Source: Bacilli bacterium (GTDB lineage Bacteria > Bacillota_I > Bacilli_A > RFN20 > CAG-826). Taken from it: a stretch of DNA of 64,000 nt. The notes below the pieces were generated by a model. It saw only the letters and a program-made list of their open reading frames with translations, did not search any database and was not told the origin of the DNA. The stretch is taken from contig JAFSUM010000036.1 of assembly GCA_017445245.1 (NCBI GenBank), positions 35,153 through 99,152 on the forward strand, written 5' to 3'. Positions 58,072-64,000 of the stretch are shown here, piece after piece. Position numbers and translations under genes: made by a program. Position 1 is the first letter of the stretch, and every line of letters begins with the position of its first letter.

Positions 58072-60684
58072 ATGAAGAACAAACTCATCGTCATCGACGG
58101 AAATAGCCTTCTCTTCCGCGCCTTCTACGCGACCTATTACGGCGAAGGTTCCACCATCATGAAAACGAAAGATGGCACGCCTACCAACGCCATCTTTGCC
58201 TTCTCCAACATGCTCGTCAAAATCATGCAGGGCATGACTGGAGACGAGTCGATCTTCGTCGGTTTTGATGCTGATTCGAAAACCTTCCGTAAGGAAGAAT
58301 TCGATGCCTATAAGGCCAACCGCAAGCCCGCGCCACCCGAACTGATCCCACAATTCCCGATGTCGCGCGAATTCCTAAACGCCCTCGGGATCGTCCATTA
58401 TGAAGAGCATGGCATCGAAGCGGACGATATCTGCGGCACCATCGCCAAGACCGCAGGTGCCAAAGGATACCAAGTCGAAATCTATACCTCGGACAAGGAT
58501 TACCTCCAGCTCGTCGATGACCATATTTCGGTCAACTTGATCCGCAAAGGCCTCTCCGACATTCAGCGCATTACCCCTGCCACGATGGTCGAAACATTTG
58601 GTTTCACCCCGCTCCAGATCATCGATTACAAGGGTCTACGCGGCGATTCTAGCGATAACCTTCCCGGCATTCCGGGAGTCGGCGAAAAAGGTGCCGTTAA
58701 ACTCATCAACGAATACGGCTCTTTTGACGCGATCGTCGAGGCGGCCAAAAACGGCACCATCAAAGGCAAACTCGCCCAAAACATCGTCGAAGGCGAAGAA
58801 CTCGGCCGTACTTGTTTACGCTTAGCCACCATCCTCATCGATGCGCCTTTACCATTCACCTTGGAAGATTTGGTCTATCGCGGTTATTCCTTCCAAGACG
58901 TCAACGCCTTCTGCCAAAAATACGAGCTCAAACAACTCCCCTCTCGTCTCCCCGTCATCTATAAACTCCGCGAAGAGACGACGATGCCCGAAGTCCAACG
59001 GGTCGAACGTCTCCCCCAAATCAATGCGGAACGCATCGGTTTGGCCTTAGACTTGCCCTCGAAGCTTTACCACGAAGACGAAACGCTAGGCCTAGCCATC
59101 GCCACTCCGGACGAGGTCCTTTATCTTGACGTTAATCAGGCAAAAGGCGACCCGAACCTCAAAGCCCTTCTCAAGAATCCAAACATCAAGAAATGCGTCT
59201 ACGACCTCAAGGCAATTCTCATCGCCCTCGATAAGATTGGGCTGCCCCTGGAAGGCGCCGATTTCGATTTACTGCTAAGCGCATATCTTCTCGATTCCTC
59301 TCTCGCCGAGAACCCTGAAATGGTTTATTCCTACTTCGGGACCGACGTTTCCGTCAAAGACGAGAAAATCGATCTTTTCTCGCAAAACCGCCCCGAATTT
59401 ACCTCAAAGCTCGCCTATTACGCCCTCGTTCTGCGCAAAAAGGCCTTGAAAGAACTTGAGGAAAACGAAGCCATCCACCTCTTCACGGACGTGGAAGTTC
59501 CCCTTTCCTATGTCTTGGCCAAAATGGAGAAAGAGGGCTTCCCCTTGGATAAAGAAGAACTCCTCGCTATCGGGGAGACTTACCGCAAGAAACGGGACGA
59601 ACTCGAAAAAGAGGTTCACGAACTCGCGGGCTACTCCTTTAACGTCGCTTCGCCCAAGCAAGTCTCGGAATTGCTTTACGACAAACTTAACCTCGCCGAC
59701 GGCAAATCCCCGGGCACTTCTGTCGAAGTCCTTCGCTCCATCGCCTATAAGCATCCCATCGTCGATAAGATTCTCGAGTACCGTAAATACGCTAAGCTCG
59801 TCTCGACCTATATCGATGGCCTAGTCCCCCACATTCGGCCCGATGGTAAGATCCACACCTATTTTAATCAGGCGTTAACCTCCACGGGGCGTCTATCCTC
59901 GTCTAATCCGAACTTACAGAATATCAGTACACGCGATGCCGAATCGAAAGAGATTCGGAAAGCATTCCATTACGATGACCCCGAGCTCTATATCGCCTCG
60001 TTTGACTACGGGCAAATCGAGCTTCGAATCCTCGCCGCCCTCTCGAATTGCCGTTCCTATATCGATGTCTTCTCTTCCGACCGTGACGTTCACGAAGAAA
60101 CCGCTAGGCGCATCTTCATGGTTCCTGACGATCAAGAAGTGCCTTCTTTGCTCCGCCGGAAAGCCAAGGCGGTCAATTTCGCCATCATCTATGGCGTCAC
60201 CCCGTTTGGCCTAGCGGAACAAATCGGCACCTATCCCAAAGAAGCAGGCGAACTCATCGCCAGTTTCAAAACCCACTACCCAGAAATCGAAGCCTATCTC
60301 CAATCCATCCTTAAGGAAGTCGAAGAAAAGGGCTATGTCAAAACCATGTTCGGCCGCCGTCGCTACCTTCGCGACGTCACCGATTCCAATTACGCCAAGC
60401 GAGAAGCCGCTAGACGTGCCGCTTTAAACGCCCCCGTCCAAGGATCAGCCGCCGATCTCATCAAGGTGGCCATGATCAAAGTGGACAAGGCCCTCCAAGA
60501 AGGTGGATACAAGACGAAGATGGTCCTCCAGATTCACGACGAGCTCCTCTTCGCCATGCCGAAAGACGAAGTCGAAACGCTTTGCCCCATCATCGAAAAG
60601 ATCATGACCGAAGCCGTCGAATTGCCCGTCAAACTCACTGTCGATGGGAGTTACGGCCGCACCTGGTACGACGCGAAGGACTGA
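58072..60684 (+). CDS. polA: DNA polymerase I
   Basis: 5'-3' exonuclease domain (MKNKLIVIDGNSLLFRAFYA) and polymerase motifs A (DYGQIELRILA) and C (QIHDELLF). ATG at 58072 after a GGAG RBS. Confidence 0.9.
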   Translation: MKNKLIVIDGNSLLFRAFYATYYGEGSTIMKTKDGTPTNAIFAFSNMLVKIMQGMTGDESIFVGFDADSKTFRKEEFDAYKANRKPAPPELIPQFPMSREFLNALGIVHYEEHGIEADDICGTIAKTAGAKGYQVEIYTSDKDYLQLVDDHISVNLIRKGLSDIQRITPATMVETFGFTPLQIIDYKGLRGDSSDNLPGIPGVGEKGAVKLINEYGSFDAIVEAAKNGTIKGKLAQNIVEGEELGRTCLRLATILIDAPLPFTLEDLVYRGYSFQDVNAFCQKYELKQLPSRLPVIYKLREETTMPEVQRVERLPQINAERIGLALDLPSKLYHEDETLGLAIATPDEVLYLDVNQAKGDPNLKALLKNPNIKKCVYDLKAILIALDKIGLPLEGADFDLLLSAYLLDSSLAENPEMVYSYFGTDVSVKDEKIDLFSQNRPEFTSKLAYYALVLRKKALKELEENEAIHLFTDVEVPLSYVLAKMEKEGFPLDKEELLAIGETYRKKRDELEKEVHELAGYSFNVASPKQVSELLYDKLNLADGKSPGTSVEVLRSIAYKHPIVDKILEYRKYAKLVSTYIDGLVPHIRPDGKIHTYFNQALTSTGRLSSSNPNLQNISTRDAESKEIRKAFHYDDPELYIASFDYGQIELRILAALSNCRSYIDVFSSDRDVHEETARRIFMVPDDQEVPSLLRRKAKAVNFAIIYGVTPFGLAEQIGTYPKEAGELIASFKTHYPEIEAYLQSILKEVEEKGYVKTMFGRRRYLRDVTDSNYAKREAARRAALNAPVQGSAADLIKVAMIKVDKALQEGGYKTKMVLQIHDELLFAMPKDEVETLCPIIEKIMTEAVELPVKLTVDGSYGRTWYDAKD

Positions 60685-60685
60685 T

Positions 60686-62089
60686 ATGCCCGAACTCCCC
60701 GAAGTCGAAACCGTGCGCCGAACCCTCGAAAAAGAGGTCCTTGGGAAAACGATCAAAGAGGTCGTCCTTTACCGCGCCAAAAACGTTTCGACCGACCCTG
60801 ACGAATTCGTCTCTTCTCTTAAAGGGAAAACGATTCTTTCCTTAGGAAGAAAAGGCAAATGGCTTCGTTTCCATCTCAGCGAGGATCTCGTCATCCTTTC
60901 GCATCTCCGCATGGAAGGGAAATACTTCTTTTACGCCACCCCTTCCCCGATTGGTAAACACGATATCCTCCGCTTTGATTTTACGGACGGAACAAGCCTT
61001 GTTTATAACGATACGCGCAAATTCGGAAGGCTTGCTTTATATAGCGAAACCACATACATGGTTGCTCCTTCTTACAAGGAACTTGGCCCTGAACCATGGG
61101 ATATGGACGTTAAGACATTTCACTTAGGTCTATCTCAAAAGAAAGGTCCAGTAAAAGAAGCCCTGCTCGATCAAACCTTAATGTGCGGGTTAGGAAACAT
61201 CTACGCCGACGAAACGTTATTCGCCTCACATATCCATCCGCTTTATCCCGCTTCCAAACTCGATGGAGTGGAAGCCGAAACCCTTCTAACGAATGCGCGC
61301 CGAATCCTCAAAGAAGCCCTATATGAAGGTGGCTCGACCATCCGTTCTTATCACCCTGGCCTAGGGATTGATGGCAAGATGCAGTCAAAGCTCCTCGTCT
61401 ACGGACGCAAAGACGAAGACTGCCCCCTATGCGGCCACAAGCTCTTCAAGATTGAAGTCGGCGGGCGCGGGACTACCTATTGCCCTAGATGCCAACATCG
61501 TCCGGATTATCCTTACGTCCTAGCGGTCACGGGTCCTATTCATTCGGGCAAATCGACCGTGGCTCATTATTTCGAATCCAAAGGATTCCGTCTTTTTAAC
61601 GCAGATGAAGTCGCTAAAGGCGCTTATCTTGACCCTATGGTCCGCGCGAAAGTCATTCCCGCCTTTGGAGAACGCTCCTATAAAGGAAAAAAGCCAAACA
61701 TCCCTTTCTTACGAAAAGCCATTGCCGCATCAAACGAAAACAAGTTACTCATCAACTCAATCATCCATCCCTACGTCTTCCATAAGGCAGAGGAATTTAT
61801 CCTCAGCCAAGAAAAGAAGCAACCAGTTCTCCTCGACGTCCCCTTATTGGTCGATGCAGGGATGGAAGCTTTATGTGACGATATCCTCCTCGTCGAATCA
61901 TCTTTGCAAAAGCGCATCGAGCGTCTTCAAGCCCTTGGCCAAGACGAAAAGAAAATGGTCGAAATCAATAAAGGCTATCCGTTATTGAAAACGGAGAAAA
62001 AAGCCACATATGTTTTGAAAAACGATGATTCTATTGAGGTCCTGTTCGAAAAACTAGATCAGATTCTAAAAGACATCAACCGAGGTTAA
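60686..62089 (+). CDS. mutM: Apparent fusion: formamidopyrimidine-DNA glycosylase (Fpg/MutM) + dephospho-CoA kinase (CoaE)
   Basis: N-terminal MPELPEVETVRR (Pro2 and Glu3 catalytic residues) runs through to the C-terminal zinc finger CPLCGHK...CPRCQ at about aa 270. It continues in-frame as HRPDYPYVLAVTGPIHSGKST (the CoaE P-loop) through a typical CoaE. No stop codon and no in-frame start codon lie between the domains. Confidence 0.75.
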   Translation: MPELPEVETVRRTLEKEVLGKTIKEVVLYRAKNVSTDPDEFVSSLKGKTILSLGRKGKWLRFHLSEDLVILSHLRMEGKYFFYATPSPIGKHDILRFDFTDGTSLVYNDTRKFGRLALYSETTYMVAPSYKELGPEPWDMDVKTFHLGLSQKKGPVKEALLDQTLMCGLGNIYADETLFASHIHPLYPASKLDGVEAETLLTNARRILKEALYEGGSTIRSYHPGLGIDGKMQSKLLVYGRKDEDCPLCGHKLFKIEVGGRGTTYCPRCQHRPDYPYVLAVTGPIHSGKSTVAHYFESKGFRLFNADEVAKGAYLDPMVRAKVIPAFGERSYKGKKPNIPFLRKAIAASNENKLLINSIIHPYVFHKAEEFILSQEKKQPVLLDVPLLVDAGMEALCDDILLVESSLQKRIERLQALGQDEKKMVEINKGYPLLKTEKKATYVLKNDDSIEVLFEKLDQILKDINRG

Positions 62090-62975
62090 CCCCGGTAACA
62101 TCATATTCTTTCTTGCACTTGAATTTCAGCAAGTCGCGGAACTGCGCAGCCCTTTCTGGTCCGATTTTAGCTTGGTACATGGAGGCGATTTGATCCAACG
62201 AGAAATCGGAAGCAAAGCAGGTGACCTTGTTCTCTTTCGCGCGGTAGGAAATAATCGGATATAGAAGGGACGTGAAAGAGTATTCCGTCTTGAATTCGTT
62301 TCCAAAATCATCGAATACGACGATGCTTGCCTCGCGGAGAGCTTTCATACGGACTTCGAATTCTTCTTTGTTATTGATGGATAGGCTTTTGAGTTCTTCA
62401 AGTAACGACGTAGTATCGCAAAAAGCGCCCTTGCCCTGCGTCTGGGTGATGAAATTGGCAAAACAGGCGAGCATGTATGTTTTCCCAGAGCCATTCGAAC
62501 CCGTTAGATAGAGCCAGCGATCGCTCATGCCAGAAGCGATTTTGGTCATCCAGTTGAGAACGAGGTTACGGGAGGAAACGCTCGTGGCGATATCTTTCAT
62601 ACTCGCATCGCGCCAATCGGGTGGGAACGAGCAGATGAGATAACGATTGTTAAAGGATGCAAGCGACATCATCTTCACGCACGGGTCATAATGACGGGCG
62701 ATGACCCCATCTTCGCGGCGGAGCGTCATCGAGAAATGCGGATTGTTTTTCTGGCAGCGGTCAAGCCCAGGACAATGCGCGCAATAATGGACGTCTTCTT
62801 GGTAATCCAAAAGGGCAGCGATATACATGGTCGCTTCTTTTTTGGTGATCTTGAGTTCATCACGCACGAAAGGATAGACGAGTTCGTCGTTCTTCAAAGC
62901 CTCAAGTTCTTCGTCCATGACGGACTTCAACTCGGGGGTCAAATAGGTTTTGGGATCAAGGTTTACCTTTTTCAT
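62076..62975 (-). CDS. dnaI: Primosomal protein DnaI (helicase loader, AAA+)
   Basis: N-terminal Zn-binding Cys/His (CAHCPGLDRC) and Walker A GSNGSGKTYM. Typical dnaB-dnaI pairing. Confidence 0.7.
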   Translation of the reverse strand: MKKVNLDPKTYLTPELKSVMDEELEALKNDELVYPFVRDELKITKKEATMYIAALLDYQEDVHYCAHCPGLDRCQKNNPHFSMTLRREDGVIARHYDPCVKMMSLASFNNRYLICSFPPDWRDASMKDIATSVSSRNLVLNWMTKIASGMSDRWLYLTGSNGSGKTYMLACFANFITQTQGKGAFCDTTSLLEELKSLSINNKEEFEVRMKALREASIVVFDDFGNEFKTEYSFTSLLYPIISYRAKENKVTCFASDFSLDQIASMYQAKIGPERAAQFRDLLKFKCKKEYDVTGVNLG

Positions 62976-63994
62976 CGTTTCGCACCATTATAGAGCTTAT
63001 CGAGCATCTGCTGGACCTCTTCTTCCGAGACTTCCTCTTCCTCGTCATCATCGTGAACGACTGGCTTTGAAGAGGTGCGAGTAGGCTTTTCCGCCGGCTG
63101 TTTCGTCGCGTTACGCTTGCGGCGATGGCTACGCAATAGATAATCCATCGCGTCTTTGGCACTCCGACACCCTTCGCGCACCAGCGAAGCCGCAATCTTT
63201 TCGACAAGATTCGGAGTAAGGGTATTGTCGTGGGTCATGAGGACATAGTCGACCAACGCATTAATGCATGGGTCGGCTAAACCCATTTCTAGAGATAGCT
63301 TTTCCACGAGCTTCAAATCCGCTTGGGCGGGCTTATGGCCACCTTGACGGATCTTGAGGTATTCTGACGGAGGAACGGTATCCATGAGGCGGATTTTGGC
63401 CGCCATGCTGGAATCTCCCGTGATATTGGAAGACTGCCCTTCTTCCTTCTTGAGGTACTTAAAAGGCATCGCGGCACGGCATTTGGCAGAAAGAGAATTC
63501 ATATCCACTTTCTTTCCAACAGGAGCATTGAAGACCAGGGATTCCGAAACGTATTCCGCCATCAAGTCTTCCTTGATGGTATAAAGGGTGGCAAGTTTCT
63601 CAATGGAATCTAGCTCCTTCTCCCCGAATAAATCACCCCGTAATCCAAGGGCTTGGATTTTGGATAAGAAAGCGCCGCGATCAAAGGCAAGACGCTCTTT
63701 GGCCTTTCCCTTTTCTTTGGCAAGGGCCGAACCTTGAAGATAGTAATTCTGGGGGAATGCTTGATCGAAGACCTTGGGGAAGGAAGTCGAGATTTCTTCC
63801 GCGTCCGGCAATTCGTTCCTATTCTTATAGCGAGCAGAGAGCAAAGAGAAGACATCATCCCCGACGATACCGTGCAACGTGCCTTGAAGAAGATAGTCGT
63901 CAAAAAACTCCTTAGCGGTCTTCGGGGAATAAAGGCAGAAGACGAAAAGCTGGACCTCGCCCTGCGTTTCGACAAACGTACGAACGAGTCCCAC
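62972..63994 (-). CDS. dnaB: Replication initiation/membrane attachment protein (DnaB-like, DnaD-domain), 5'-partial and running off the window end
   Basis: 340+ aa helical protein immediately upstream of dnaI and overlapping it by 4 nt, as in the Bacillus dnaB-dnaI operon. N-terminus lies beyond the window. Confidence 0.5.
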   Translation of the reverse strand: MGLVRTFVETQGEVQLFVFCLYSPKTAKEFFDDYLLQGTLHGIVGDDVFSLLSARYKNRNELPDAEEISTSFPKVFDQAFPQNYYLQGSALAKEKGKAKERLAFDRGAFLSKIQALGLRGDLFGEKELDSIEKLATLYTIKEDLMAEYVSESLVFNAPVGKKVDMNSLSAKCRAAMPFKYLKKEEGQSSNITGDSSMAAKIRLMDTVPPSEYLKIRQGGHKPAQADLKLVEKLSLEMGLADPCINALVDYVLMTHDNTLTPNLVEKIAASLVREGCRSAKDAMDYLLRSHRRKRNATKQPAEKPTRTSSKPVVHDDDEEEEVSEEEVQQMLDKLYNGAKR

Positions 63995-64000
63995 CGCTTC

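Noticed and set aside
1-64000. CRISPR arrays, IS elements, prophage genes
   Set aside because: No regularly spaced direct repeats and no transposase or integrase domains were seen. The Rpn-family gene is a PD-(D/E)XK nuclease, not a bona fide IS transposase.

Overview
This 64 kb window is a chromosomal segment from a low-GC Gram-positive (Bacillota-like) bacterium, roughly half GC by eye. The lineage call rests on AddAB, DnaB-like/DnaI, PepT/PepC/Pcp and membrane-anchored PotD. Content is mostly housekeeping. Identified genes include a DUF1846 protein, an Rpn-family nuclease/putative transposase followed by a remnant copy of its 3' end, proC and the potABCD operon. They also include rubredoxin (a short ORF not present in the supplied ORF track), pepC, pepT, three single tRNAs (Gln-CUG, Arg-UCG, His-GUG, all on the minus strand), pcp, a DJ-1 protein, a CBS-domain protein and mrp. 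Further on are alkD-like and GNAT genes, addB-addA (addA carries a frameshift), and a compact zinc homeostasis locus. The zinc locus holds a P1B-ATPase with a CzrA-like ArsR repressor, then zur and znuACB, with visible operator palindromes. After it come two tandem CNNM/CorC paralogs, a nitroreductase and a maltose acetyltransferase. A low-GC islet of about 1.9 kb next to tRNA-His holds a translationally coupled Fic toxin/DinJ-like antitoxin pair and a frameshifted hypothetical gene. The remainder comprises NUDIX, VanZ, a lipoprotein GH13 alpha-amylase, a degenerate PgeF-like protein, MscS, a PTS-EIIC-like permease, a membrane degenerate-GGDEF/EAL protein, a dimeric dUTPase, glgP-glgB, ackA, nrnA, dnaE, polA, an apparent mutM(fpg)-coaE fusion ORF, dnaI and a partial dnaB-like gene. 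No CRISPR array, integrase or IS element was seen. Many long antisense ORFs in the supplied track are shadow ORFs caused by codon bias. The observations most worth following up are the Fic/DinJ islet at tRNA-His, the Fpg-CoaE fusion, the AddA frameshift, the rubredoxin missing from the ORF track, and the Zn-locus operators.
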